27,660 nt of DNA from assembly GCA_049424145.1 (NCBI GenBank), contig JBMSSC010000022.1, positions 1 to 27,660 on the forward strand, given 5' to 3'. Position numbers and translations under genes: made by a program. Numbering within the stretch: the first letter of the stretch is position 1; each line of letters opens with the position of its first letter. Origin of the DNA: Bdellovibrionia bacterium. Its GTDB lineage: Bacteria > Bdellovibrionota > UBA1018. Below, one piece after another: positions 1 through 8,889 of this stretch. The notes below the pieces were generated by a model that was not told where the DNA came from, did no database searches, and worked only from the letters and a program-made list of their open reading frames with translations.

Positions 1-523
1 TCAAAAGCCGTCGCTCTTCAGGCTTAGAATTGACGATTTTTCCAATTTGTCCTTGCTCAATGACGGAGTACCCTTTGGCTCCCACTCCCGTATCCATGAA
101 CAATTCGTGAATGTCTTTGAGTCTGGCTGGGGTGCCGTTGATGAAGTACTCTCCTTCACCGGTGCGATACACCCGTCTTGTGACGGAAACTTCCTTAGCC
201 CGCAAGTGAAAGGGCAAGTCCTGAACCGTGGCTCCCGAAGGGGCGTTCTCCGTGTCCACCACATCGGTTTCCATCACCAATGTGGCCTCAGCGCAGCCTA
301 AGCTTGCGTACTTGGAGCTTCCGTTGAAGATTAAATCCTCACTGCTCGTCCCGCGCATGTGCTTGTAGGACTGTTCCCCCATGACCCAAAAGAAGGCATC
401 CACGATATTGGATTTCCCACAGCCGTTGGGTCCAATAATGCCGGTGATACTGTGATCAAAATGAATGACGGTCTTATCTTTAAAGGATTTAAAACCTTGA
501 ATTTCCAGTCTTTTGACGCGCAT
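1..523 (-). CDS. smc: Chromosome segregation ATPase SMC, N-terminal part (runs off window start)
   Basis: Not in the ORF track. Manual translation from ATG at 523 gives MRVKRLEIQGFKSFKDKTVIHFDHSITGIIGPNGCGKSNIVDAFFWVMGEQSYKHMRG...DLIFNGS...YSVIEQGQIGKIVNSKPEERRLL. This has the GFKSF motif, Walker A (GPNGCGKS) and Q-loop (IEQG). The frame is open to the window edge. Confidence 0.97.
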   Translation of the reverse strand, partial: MRVKRLEIQGFKSFKDKTVIHFDHSITGIIGPNGCGKSNIVDAFFWVMGEQSYKHMRGTSSEDLIFNGSSKYASLGCAEATLVMETDVVDTENAPSGATVQDLPFHLRAKEVSVTRRVYRTGEGEYFINGTPARLKDIHELFMDTGVGAKGYSVIEQGQIGKIVNSKPEERRLL

Positions 524-533
524 GAGTGGAGTT

Positions 534-561
534 ACTTTAACAATCAGACTGAAGAAGTCAA
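534..561 (-). promoter_or_regulatory. Putative sigma70-type promoter for smc
   Basis: Minus strand TTGACT-16 nt-TAAAGT with an extended -10 TGn; the -10 ends 10 nt before the smc ATG; no SD. Confidence 0.55.
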
Positions 562-612
562 ACAAAACCAACGAAAAGGGCCGAAGCAGAGAAGTCTTTC
601 TTGCTTCGGCCC
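560..612 (-). terminator. Rho-independent terminator (possibly bidirectional)
   Basis: Perfect 11-bp stem GGGCCGAAGCA (578-588) / TGCTTCGGCCC (602-612), followed on the minus strand by TTTTCGTTGGTTTTGTTT; a T7 run follows shortly on the plus strand. Confidence 0.75.
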
Positions 613-957
613 AAGGGTTTTTTTACTGTGATTCAGACAGCGGTCAACCACTGCCTTGAGAATCGGATCACCGGGCTTTCAAGGACATGCCTCCCGACAT
701 TCCTGCCTGATGGTTCCGATGATTGGACTGATCTTTTGTTCCATTTGAAACGCTGACACGATCCACCGAGGCCTTCGATTGAATCTGCCAGTTCGTGAGC
801 GCCGCAGACGTCCTGCTTAGGCCCGGAGTCACTCACGCGTTTTCTCATCTGGGGGTCCTGTCTCCTTGGGATCTTTCACTTCTTTTAAAGGCTGCGGGAG
901 TCTCTCGGAATGAGAGCTCCTTTTTTTGGGTTGTTTCATCGTCAGGCTCTCCATCTG
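570..957 (-). other. Orphan transcription unit: candidate structured ncRNA or small-ORF mRNA (41-aa ORF 954..829; 71-aa ORF 848..633)
   Basis: Bounded by a promoter-like sequence (964-992) and the terminator (578-612); contains several hairpins; no recognisable protein or RNA family motif. Confidence 0.35.
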
Positions 958-963
958 ATTCTT

Positions 964-992
964 AGATTAAGTCATTACCTGACTTTTTTCAA
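964..992 (-). promoter_or_regulatory. Putative sigma70 promoter with a palindromic operator in its spacer
   Basis: Minus strand TTGAAA-17 nt-TAATCT; inverted repeat AAGTCA-N5-TGACTT at 969-985. Confidence 0.5.
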
Positions 993-1077
993 CAAGTATT
1001 AATCTTAGAGATTTCAGAAGCTTATTTGGAAAGCCTGGATTTCTTTTGGGGGTCGCCTGGTTCAAACGAGGTGGACT

Positions 1078-1109
1078 GAAACTCCCCACGGCTAAAGCCG
1101 GAGGGTTCT
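1078..1109. mobile_element. IS200/IS605-family-like terminal hairpin remnant, no transposase
   Basis: GAAACTCCCCACGGC-TAAA-GCCGGAGGGTTC: an imperfect GC-rich palindrome with a TAAA loop, resembling subterminal hairpins of IS200/IS605-superfamily elements. Recognised from memory, not by search. Confidence 0.5.
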
Positions 1110-1235
1110 AAAGGGAAACTCCATTTGACTCTCTTGGACTCTCATTCCAGGTGTTAAGCCCACTCAAGCCATTAGCGATCGAGTCGGAAAAAGCCGATTT
1201 GATGCCGGTGAAAAATTGAATCCTGAGGTTCTTAC

Positions 1236-1431
1236 GCCTCCCCAGAAGGCTGGACAAGCAAAATCAGAGTAGGAACAGGTCCCAACGAGACCTTGGGCCG
1301 GGATGGGAGAGGAATCTCCTGGGTGGATCAAGGAGGCGCGGGACTGGGTGTTCCTAACCTGCTGAGACTCACCCAGGAGATCGGTTCTTTCCTGATGCTT
1401 CTTGTTCCGTCTGCAGTCGCCTGAGGGGGGC
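1236..1431. repeat. Nested inverted repeats forming a ~195-nt rod-like fold (candidate ncRNA)
   Basis: Perfect 12-bp IR ATCTCCTGGGTG (1314-1325) / CACCCAGGAGAT (1370-1381), enclosed by shorter complementary blocks GGAAC/GTTCT, ATCAG/CTGAT, GGACAAG/CTTGTTC, GGCTG/CAGTC and GCCTCCC/GGGGGGC. Confidence 0.4.
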
Positions 1432-4323
1432 CTAAGCTCGGAGCCGTGAGGCGCGCTTGGACTGCTTGCGGGGCGTCCGGGGTTTTGCTCTTGCGCTCGC
1501 TTTTTTACCTCTCTTCAGCCCGGTTGATTTTGCTCGCATCGCGCGAGTGGGTTTCGGCTCAGGACGAACTTTCTCAGGGTTCTCCAACGCGGCTTGTGCT
1601 GCAGCCAGCTGAGCAATGGCAACTCGATACGGAGAACAACTGACGTAATCCACCCCAAGTTTGGCACAGATGCGAATCGAGCTTGGGTCTCCGCCGTGCT
1701 CTCCACAAATGCCGATTTTCATCTCGGGCCGAGCGGAGCGCCCTTTTTCAATGGCAAGCTTCATGAGGCTTCCCACTCCCTCTTCATCCAGTGAAGCAAA
1801 GGGGTCATTCTCGTAAATCTTGTTGTCCAAGTAGTCCTTCAAAAAGGGGGCCGAATCATCCCGGGATAGGCCAAAGGTGGTTTGAGTCAGATCGTTGGTC
1901 CCGAAGCTAAAAAACTCAGCATAGGGAGCAATCTCCTGAGCCGTCAGCGCGGCTCGGGGAATCTCAATCATGGTCCCAATCTTCACTTCCATCTTTTTTG
2001 AACGCTTCACCCAGCCATCGGCTTCAAAACGCTCGTGCACCGCCTGGATCTCTTGCAGGCAATAATCCCGAATGAACTTGAGCTCTCTCCAATGACCAAT
2101 CAGAGGAATCATGATCTCAGGGACAATCCGAAACTCCTCGTCTCGTTGCAACTCATAGGCTGCCTCGAGAATGGCTCGTACTTGGGTGCGGTAGATCTCA
2201 GGGTAGCTGATCCCCAGGCGACAGCCTCGGTGGCCGAGCATGGGGTTTAACTCATGCAGGCTTTGGACTTTTCTCTTGAGCTGATCAAAGGGAGTTCCAA
2301 TTTTCTTGGCCAGCGCCTCGATGTCCTCGTCTTGATGAGGGATGAATTCATGCAACGGGGGATCTAGGAGTCGGATCGTCACCGGAAGCCCCTTCATCTC
2401 ACGGAAGATCTCCTTAAAATCCGACTTCTGCATGGGGAGAATCTTGTCTAATGCCGTTTGGCGCCCTTGCGGAGTTTCAGCCAAGATCATCTCTCGAACC
2501 GCATCAATTCGCTCGGGATCAAAAAACATATGCTCCGTACGACAAAGTCCAATGCCCTGAGCACCAAAGCGCCGGGCTATTTTTGCATCAACCGGGGTGT
2601 CTGCATTGGTTCTCACCTCCAGCGTTCTCACCTGATTCACCCAGACCATCAGTTGCTTAAAATCATCGTTTAAAGTCGGTGCAATCGTGGGCACGTGACC
2701 CAGGATCACTTCTCCTGAGCTTCCATCTAAGGTGATGAAATCTCCCTCACGCAAAGTTTGGTTGCCGATGGACATCTCGCGGCGCAGGGCATGGATCTGA
2801 AGTGCGCTGCAACCGGACACGCAGCACTTGCCCATGCCGCGTGCCACAACTGCAGCATGTGAAGTCATCCCCCCTCGCGCCGTTAAGATCCCCTCCGCAA
2901 CTGACATTCCATGGATGTCCTCAGGAGAAGTTTCTAAACGCACGAGGATGACTTTTTTTCCCGACTCCACCCACTTTTCAGCCGTCTCTGGGTCAAAGAC
3001 GATCTGCCCGGTTGCAGCTCCTGGAGAGGCAGGAAGTCCTCGGGTGAGTAATTTCTTTGAGGCCGTGGGGTCCAAACACGGGTGAAGGAGCTGGTTGAGC
3101 TGCTCGGATTTGATCCTTAAGATGGCTTGGGCTGGGGTGATGAGCTTTTCTCGCACCATGTCCACAGCAATTTTTATGGCCGCCTGAGCGGTTCTCTTTC
3201 CACTTCTCGTTTGCAGGAGGTAGAGCTTTCCGCCTTCAATCGTAAACTCAATGTCCTGCATGTCTCGGTAGTGCTTCTCTAAGGTTTGCACCACGCGCAC
3301 GAGCTCTCGGTAGGGCTTAGGCATCAAGTCCTCAAGTGTGGGCAGTTTCTCGGCTGATGCATGACGAGAGGCTGCATTGATGGGCTGAGGGTTTCGGATA
3401 CCTGCCACCACGTCTTCCCCCTGAGCATTCACCAAGAATTCACCAAAAAACTTGCGCTCCCCGGTGGAGGGATCCCGAGTGAAGGCCACACCCGTCGCAC
3501 AATCGTTCCCCATGTTTCCAAACACCATGGACTGCACCGTGACGGCTGTGCCCCACGCCTCAGGAATTCCATTGAGCTTACGATAAGTCATGGCCCGTGA
3601 GTTCATCCATGAGCCAAAGACCGCTCCAATGGCTCCCCAGAGCTGTTCCCAGGGGTTTTCAGGAAATTGCTTGCCTTGAAATTTAACGATTTGCTTGAAC
3701 TTGCCCACGAGCTCCTTTAAGTCCTGTGCCGTGAGCTCGGTGTCCAGTTCCACATCGCGCGCGTACTTCACTTCCTCTAAAGCCGCCTCAAAGAGGCTTG
3801 AGGAAATCCCCAAAACCACCTCCGAGTACATGGCCACAAAGCGCCGGTAGCTATCATAACTAAACCGGGCATCCCCTGAATCCTCGATGAGCCCTAAAAC
3901 CGTCTCGTCATTGAGCCCGAGGTTTAAAATCGTATCCATCATCCCGGGCATCGAAGCTCGAGCCCCGGATCGCACCGAGACTAAAAGCGGATGCAAACGG
4001 GAGCCAAAAGTTCTCCCCATGTGCTTTTCCACTTGGCTCAAAGCGTCTTCCACTTGGCTCTCAAGCTCTTTGGGGTAGTTCTTTTGGTTCTGATAAAAGT
4101 AGGAACACACTTCCGTTGAAAGCGTAAAACCAGGAGGCACGGGCAGCCCCAAGCGAGTCATACCATGAAGGTTCGCGCCTTTTCCGCCGAGTAGGTCCTT
4201 CTGAGACTCATGTCCCTCAGCTTTGCCGCGTGCAAATGTGTAAACGAAGCGGGATTGTCCCTTAGTTTTGCGATCCTGAGCTTGGACTCCAGGTCTTAAA
4301 CTTTTCTTCGATGTAGGTTTCAA
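1432..4323 (-). CDS. ppdK: Pyruvate, phosphate dikinase
   Basis: [31 protein letters not shown], phospho-His motif [44 protein letters not shown]. Start uncertain: TTG at 4323 chosen as the nearest in-frame start; ATG 4401 is an alternative. Confidence 0.97.
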   Translation of the reverse strand: MKPTSKKSLRPGVQAQDRKTKGQSRFVYTFARGKAEGHESQKDLLGGKGANLHGMTRLGLPVPPGFTLSTEVCSYFYQNQKNYPKELESQVEDALSQVEKHMGRTFGSRLHPLLVSVRSGARASMPGMMDTILNLGLNDETVLGLIEDSGDARFSYDSYRRFVAMYSEVVLGISSSLFEAALEEVKYARDVELDTELTAQDLKELVGKFKQIVKFQGKQFPENPWEQLWGAIGAVFGSWMNSRAMTYRKLNGIPEAWGTAVTVQSMVFGNMGNDCATGVAFTRDPSTGERKFFGEFLVNAQGEDVVAGIRNPQPINAASRHASAEKLPTLEDLMPKPYRELVRVVQTLEKHYRDMQDIEFTIEGGKLYLLQTRSGKRTAQAAIKIAVDMVREKLITPAQAILRIKSEQLNQLLHPCLDPTASKKLLTRGLPASPGAATGQIVFDPETAEKWVESGKKVILVRLETSPEDIHGMSVAEGILTARGGMTSHAAVVARGMGKCCVSGCSALQIHALRREMSIGNQTLREGDFITLDGSSGEVILGHVPTIAPTLNDDFKQLMVWVNQVRTLEVRTNADTPVDAKIARRFGAQGIGLCRTEHMFFDPERIDAVREMILAETPQGRQTALDKILPMQKSDFKEIFREMKGLPVTIRLLDPPLHEFIPHQDEDIEALAKKIGTPFDQLKRKVQSLHELNPMLGHRGCRLGISYPEIYRTQVRAILEAAYELQRDEEFRIVPEIMIPLIGHWRELKFIRDYCLQEIQAVHERFEADGWVKRSKKMEVKIGTMIEIPRAALTAQEIAPYAEFFSFGTNDLTQTTFGLSRDDSAPFLKDYLDNKIYENDPFASLDEEGVGSLMKLAIEKGRSARPEMKIGICGEHGGDPSSIRICAKLGVDYVSCSPYRVAIAQLAAAQAALENPEKVRPEPKPTRAMRAKSTGLKRGKKASARAKPRTPRKQSKRASRLRA

Positions 4324-5671
4324 GTTTTTCGACAGCAATTCGTTCTTGGACCATGCTGTCGCGGTTTCGGATCGTGACCGTGTGGTTTGAGAGTGTGTCA
4401 TAGTCGATGGTGACTCCAAAGGGTGTACCGATTTCGTCCTGTCTTCGGTAACGCTTCCCAATGGATCCCGCATCATCGGTGGTCGCACGGAATCTTTTTC
4501 TCAGCGTTCCAAAGACTCGGTCTGAGTATTCCATGATTTCTGGTTTTTTCATAAGAGGAAATACAGCGACTTTATAAGGCGCAAGCTTGGGGTGAAGAGC
4601 CAGCCAAGTGCGATCCCCATCAAAGCGGTACGCATCCACTAAAGCAACCAGCAATGTTCGATCACAGCCGGCTGAGGTTTCAATGATGTAAGGCACAAAG
4701 CGCTCCTTGGTGGCCTCATCAAAGTACTCAAGCTTCTTGCCGCTAAACTGCTGGTGGCGATTTAAATCAAAGTCCGTTCGGTTATGGATCCCTTCTAACT
4801 CCTGCCAGCCAAAAGGAAACTCATACTCAATATCAAAAGCCGCTTTGGCGTAGTGCGCAAGCTCGCCTTCACCGTGCGGGTGAAATCTGAGCTTCTGGGG
4901 CCTGATCCCATGCTCCAAGTGCCACTTCATGCGAATTTCTTTCCACGTCTCAAACCAATCACTATCGGTGCCGGGTTTGACAAAAAACTGCATCTCCATC
5001 TGCTCAAACTCACGAGTCCTAAAGATGAAGTTGCCGGGGGTGATCTCATTTCGGAAGGCTTTGCCAATTTGTGCGATTCCAAAGGGGATCTTTTTTCTCT
5101 GGGACTGCTGAACGTTGAGAAAATTCACGTAGATGCCTTGCGCCGTTTCAGGACGTAGGTAAATGACGGAAGCCGAGTCCTCCAAAGGACCCATGAACGT
5201 CTTAAACATCAGATTAAACTGCCTGGGCTCCGTTAATTCCCCCTTGCAGGTGGGGCATTTCTTCTCCGCTACCGCCTGAGGATCAATCTTATCCGCACGG
5301 AAGCGAGCCTTACACTTCTTGCAGTCGACTAGTGGGTCCACAAAGCCTGCCACATGGCCTGAGGCTTCCCAAACCCTGGGATGCATGAGGATCGCAGCAT
5401 CGAGCCCTTCCACATCGTCTCGATCCGTCATGGCGCGCCACCAGGCTTCCTTGACGTTTCGCTTCAGCTCAATGCCCAAAGGGCCATAATCCCAGCACGC
5501 ATTGATGCCGCCATACACTTCGCTTGAGGGGAAAACAAAGCCCCTTCGCTTGCATAAAGAGACGAGGTCCGCCATGTCCTTTAAATCCTGCGGAACGGCC
5601 GAGGCAGTCGGTCCGGGTGCGGTTTCTGATTCTAAGGCTTGGGACTTGCGATTGGACTCTTCGTTTTTCAT
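4262..5671 (-). CDS. glyQS: Glycine--tRNA ligase, homodimeric (alpha2) type
   Basis: [55 protein letters not shown], anticodon-binding [16 protein letters not shown]. Confidence 0.98.
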   Translation of the reverse strand: MKNEESNRKSQALESETAPGPTASAVPQDLKDMADLVSLCKRRGFVFPSSEVYGGINACWDYGPLGIELKRNVKEAWWRAMTDRDDVEGLDAAILMHPRVWEASGHVAGFVDPLVDCKKCKARFRADKIDPQAVAEKKCPTCKGELTEPRQFNLMFKTFMGPLEDSASVIYLRPETAQGIYVNFLNVQQSQRKKIPFGIAQIGKAFRNEITPGNFIFRTREFEQMEMQFFVKPGTDSDWFETWKEIRMKWHLEHGIRPQKLRFHPHGEGELAHYAKAAFDIEYEFPFGWQELEGIHNRTDFDLNRHQQFSGKKLEYFDEATKERFVPYIIETSAGCDRTLLVALVDAYRFDGDRTWLALHPKLAPYKVAVFPLMKKPEIMEYSDRVFGTLRKRFRATTDDAGSIGKRYRRQDEIGTPFGVTIDYDTLSNHTVTIRNRDSMVQERIAVEKLETYIEEKFKTWSPSSGSQN

Positions 5672-5677
5672 AGGACG

Positions 5678-5706
5678 GGTCTAACAAAGCTTCAAGACGA
5701 GTGCAA
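5678..5706 (-). promoter_or_regulatory. Putative sigma70 promoter, likely leaderless glyQS transcript
   Basis: TTGCAC-17 nt-TAGACC (TGn-extended), then 6 nt, then ATG 5671; no SD. Confidence 0.5.
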
Positions 5707-5881
5707 GGACCACTGCCATGAAGCCTAAGACTGTGCTAAGTCATGGTCTTGGGCTCAGAGGAATGACGCCGTTTTCAACCTGAGACCGGGGGGGGGCTGG
5801 GAGAGCACAAACCCTTCGAATTCGGGTTTTTCAGCAACGGCAGCGCTTTTTGTAGAGAAATACTCAGACGAAAGAAGGCAT

Positions 5882-6481
5882 GTGGAGTTGAGAAAAGCTA
5901 TATTTCTGGATCGCGATGGGACCCTGAACTGGGATCCAGGCTATTTGAGTCACCCGGATCAATTGGTGCTTTTGCCCGAGGTGGGGGAAGCGTTAGGAAG
6001 CCTTAAAAAAGCAGGCTTCTTGTTAGTGGTGATTTCCAATCAATCCGGTGTGGGAAGGGGTCTTATTCCAGTCTCGGCCATTGATCTCATTCATCAAAAA
6101 CTGGATCGTCTTTTGGCTCCATTTTCAGCTTCAATTGATCATTATGGTCTGTGTTTTCACACCCCTTGGGATGAGTGTGAGTGCAGGAAGCCTAAGCCCA
6201 AGTTGATCCTCGATGCGGCAAAGCAGCTTCAAATCAGTCTAAAACACTCGTATTTGATCGGAGATCGGAGAACCGATCTGTTAGCGGGCGCTCACGCCGG
6301 GTGCCGCGCTCAGCTTTTGGTGCGCACTGGGGATGGAAGGAAAACCGAGTCCGAGATCTCCCCGGGAGAAGCCCCCTTCATTGGCGACTCGCTCCTTCAG
6401 GTTGCAAATTGGATTTTAGCCCAAGAAAACGAATCCCATTCAGCGGCTTTCGGTCAAAGCCGGGGAGATGGAAAATCATAA
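5882..6481 (+). CDS. gmhB: D-glycero-D-manno-heptose 1,7-bisphosphate phosphatase (HAD-IIIA)
   Basis: FLDRDGTLN, VISNQSGVGRG, zinc motif CFH...CECRKPKP, IGDRRTD. Confidence 0.88.
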   Translation: MELRKAIFLDRDGTLNWDPGYLSHPDQLVLLPEVGEALGSLKKAGFLLVVISNQSGVGRGLIPVSAIDLIHQKLDRLLAPFSASIDHYGLCFHTPWDECECRKPKPKLILDAAKQLQISLKHSYLIGDRRTDLLAGAHAGCRAQLLVRTGDGRKTESEISPGEAPFIGDSLLQVANWILAQENESHSAAFGQSRGDGKS

Positions 6482-7226
6482 ACGCCTCGAAGAACTCAAA
6501 CAGCTCATGGTGATCGGGGATTGAACCTCGAATGTGCAGAGGAACCTGGCGGATGGGAACCTCAAGCAGGGTTTTGATTTCCTGGATCATCCCCACGGAG
6601 AGTTTCTTTAGGACTTGTTCTAGGCTTTCCCCGTGGCGATCCTGAAGGTGGGCTGTTTTTTGGAACGAGCAGGTCGGGCAAACCCAGCTGGCCTTTGAAA
6701 TGGAAAGACTGAGTCTGACGGTGGGATCCAGTTGCTCAAGCCTCGTATCACATGAAGCACACTGCGTGAGAAGTGGGGGGTGACCACTGCACTGCAAGAT
6801 CTTGGCTAAAAACGCATTGAGCAAAGGCACTTCAATTCCCGCCTGACATTCCGTTATGCAAGTGAGTGAATTAAAGAGGAGCCTAAAAAAATCAGAGCTC
6901 CCCACGGCTTCAGGGGTGATGCGGAGGATCACCTCATTGAGAACGCTCGCAAGGCTCAGTTTTTGAAAATCCTTTCGGAGCCCTTCAAAGGACTCCCGGA
7001 CTTGAGTCTCGTTTAAGAAATAAAGCTCAGCTCCTGGCTTCATCGTGAATTGCCACTCAGAAACCACAAAGAGATCCAGGGATCCCCCAAAACGACGGGA
7101 TTGAATGGCATTTTTGGCCAAGACCGTGATTTGGCCGTGGTTCTGCGTCAGTGCCGTGACGATCCGGTGGCGATCCTGATAGGCAATCGTTTTCAGAACT
7201 AAGGCGAGATCCTTGAAAACTTCCAT
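6378..7226 (-). CDS. recO: DNA repair protein RecO
   Basis: N-terminal OB-fold pattern ALVLKTIAYQDRHRIVTALTQNHGQITVLAKNAIQSRRFGGSLDLF; Zn finger CASC...CPTC. ATG 7226 lies 1 nt after the upstream stop codon. Confidence 0.92.
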   Translation of the reverse strand: MEVFKDLALVLKTIAYQDRHRIVTALTQNHGQITVLAKNAIQSRRFGGSLDLFVVSEWQFTMKPGAELYFLNETQVRESFEGLRKDFQKLSLASVLNEVILRITPEAVGSSDFFRLLFNSLTCITECQAGIEVPLLNAFLAKILQCSGHPPLLTQCASCDTRLEQLDPTVRLSLSISKASWVCPTCSFQKTAHLQDRHGESLEQVLKKLSVGMIQEIKTLLEVPIRQVPLHIRGSIPDHHELFEFFEAFMIFHLPGFDRKPLNGIRFLGLKSNLQPEGASRQ

Positions 7227-7227
7227 T

Positions 7228-8649
7228 TTAGAGGTCGAAAATCTTACCAGGATTGAGCAGCCCTTTGGGGTCAAATACTTGCTTGAGTTGCCTCATGAGA
7301 GCAATTTCCAAAGGGGTTCGGCTGTAATGAAGAGCGGATTTTTTTAGCAATCCAACGCCATGCTCAGCGGAGATACTGCCTTGGTGCTTTAAGACTAAAG
7401 AAAAAAGCGTCTCATCCGCCTGCTGACATCGTTCATGGAATTCCTGAAGCGCCATCGAAGCAGGCTTTAAGGTGCTGATATGCAGGTTTCCATCCCCGAT
7501 GTGACCAAAGATGAATACCCGGAGGCTTCCATGCTGGGCTGCAAAGCGCTCCTCAAATTCATGAATAAACGCCCCTAAGTGAGCGATGGGAAGGGCAATG
7601 TCATTTTTATGCACCACGCCTTGGGCACCGACGCTTTCGGTGATGCTCTCTCGGAAGCTCCAGAGCTCCTTGGACTCCCTCTCTGACTGGGAGGCCGTTC
7701 CATCTATGACCCATTGGTTTTCAAAAACGCTCTCCAGCCAGGCCTCAGATGGGCTCTTCCCGTTTTCTGAAGAGGCTTTTTCGACTTCCAAAAGGACATA
7801 AGCCCCACAATCCCCTGAGAACGGCGGACGGACTCCCTTGTGCTCGGCCACCGCCTGCATGCAGCGGTCGGTGAGAAACTCAAAGGCCATGATTTGAAAC
7901 GGCGCCTTTCGGGCTTCATGAAAGAGGTGCAAAGCGGCGGGAATGTCTTTGAGACCGAAAAAGAAGACGTCGGATGCTTTCGGAAGAGGCGCGAGTTTTA
8001 AGGTGGCCTCCGTGATGACGCCCAAAATCCCCTCGCTTCCGATGAAAAGCTGCCTGAGATCCACGCCCGTATTGTTCTTCTCAAGCGCTCCGTTGAGTTC
8101 CAGGACCTCTCCAGATAGGGTCACCACTTGCAGCCCTAAGACCCAGTTCCGGGTGAGTCCGTAGCGAATCACTTTGACTCCGCCTGCGTTGGTGGCAATG
8201 TTGCCGCCCACGTGACTGGAGCCTTTGGAGGCAAAGTCGACAGGCCAGGTGAGTCCCCAAGGCTCACAGTGCTGATGAACCGCTTGGGTGATGGCCCCGG
8301 CTTGCACACGAACCGTGCTGGAGAGCGTGTCCACTGGGCCCATGTGGTTCATGCGCGTGAGGCTTAAGACCACCTCTCCACAGGCCGCCACTGCACCGGC
8401 GGCAAGTCCCGTTCGACCACCTGAGGGAACCACGGCAATCTCCTGCTCTTGGCAGAGCTTTAGGAAGCGAGAAACTTCCTCAGTTGTCCGGGGAAACACC
8501 ACTGCCCGTGGAGCAGGGGTGTGAACCTTCGTCCAGTCTTTTCCATAAGTCAAAAGCTCCTGGGGCTCGCGCGTCATGAAATCAGAGGGAAATTGGGCTT
8601 CAATCGAACGAAGAAAACTCTCAGGAAGGCTGGGCATGGACTTGGACAT
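7228..8649 (-). CDS. FAD-linked D-2-hydroxyacid dehydrogenase (GlcD/D2HGDH/D-lactate dehydrogenase family)
   Basis: VVPSGGRTGLAAGA, GGNIATNAGG, FIGSEGILGVIT, FGHIGDGNLH, GSISAEHGVG, LNPGKIF; SD GAGGT 7 nt upstream. Confidence 0.92.
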   Translation of the reverse strand: MSKSMPSLPESFLRSIEAQFPSDFMTREPQELLTYGKDWTKVHTPAPRAVVFPRTTEEVSRFLKLCQEQEIAVVPSGGRTGLAAGAVAACGEVVLSLTRMNHMGPVDTLSSTVRVQAGAITQAVHQHCEPWGLTWPVDFASKGSSHVGGNIATNAGGVKVIRYGLTRNWVLGLQVVTLSGEVLELNGALEKNNTGVDLRQLFIGSEGILGVITEATLKLAPLPKASDVFFFGLKDIPAALHLFHEARKAPFQIMAFEFLTDRCMQAVAEHKGVRPPFSGDCGAYVLLEVEKASSENGKSPSEAWLESVFENQWVIDGTASQSERESKELWSFRESITESVGAQGVVHKNDIALPIAHLGAFIHEFEERFAAQHGSLRVFIFGHIGDGNLHISTLKPASMALQEFHERCQQADETLFSLVLKHQGSISAEHGVGLLKKSALHYSRTPLEIALMRQLKQVFDPKGLLNPGKIFDL

Positions 8650-8889
8650 GAAGGGGACCTCGCTTGAGTGGGTTTCGGTTTTGGCTCAAAGCCAGCTTGC
8701 CCAGGGTACAACGGGTTTTTTCCAGCGGCAATTGGGATTTCCACCTCTCGAGTGAAGCGCTTTGGTGTATGCTCGCTTGAAGAAGAGCGCTGGGGGGTTC
8801 GTGCCACTGAATCCTCTTCTTGTAAAAGAGGGTGCGGACCCGTGAGAGTCCCCCGGAATGGAGCTCTCATCGATTGAGGAGGACATGGG

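Noticed and set aside
1..631. ORF-track entries 1..264 (-), 47..301 (+) and 359..631 (+)
   Set aside because: Alternative-frame or antisense shadows of smc, which occupies 523..<1 on the minus strand.
790..850. CTCCGGGCCTAAG (minus strand) resembling the P2 arm of a c-di-GMP-I riboswitch
   Set aside because: No upstream GGCAAAC...GAAA-tetraloop...GACGCAAA P1 element is visible; similarity too short.
829..954. Frameshift at the A7 run joining the 41-aa and 71-aa ORFs
   Set aside because: Shifting into the downstream ORF's frame at that run meets a TAA before ATG 848.
4324..4488. Full 1018-aa N-terminal extension of PPDK from the ORF track
   Set aside because: It would overlap the conserved glyQS anticodon-binding domain by 227 nt with non-homologous sequence.
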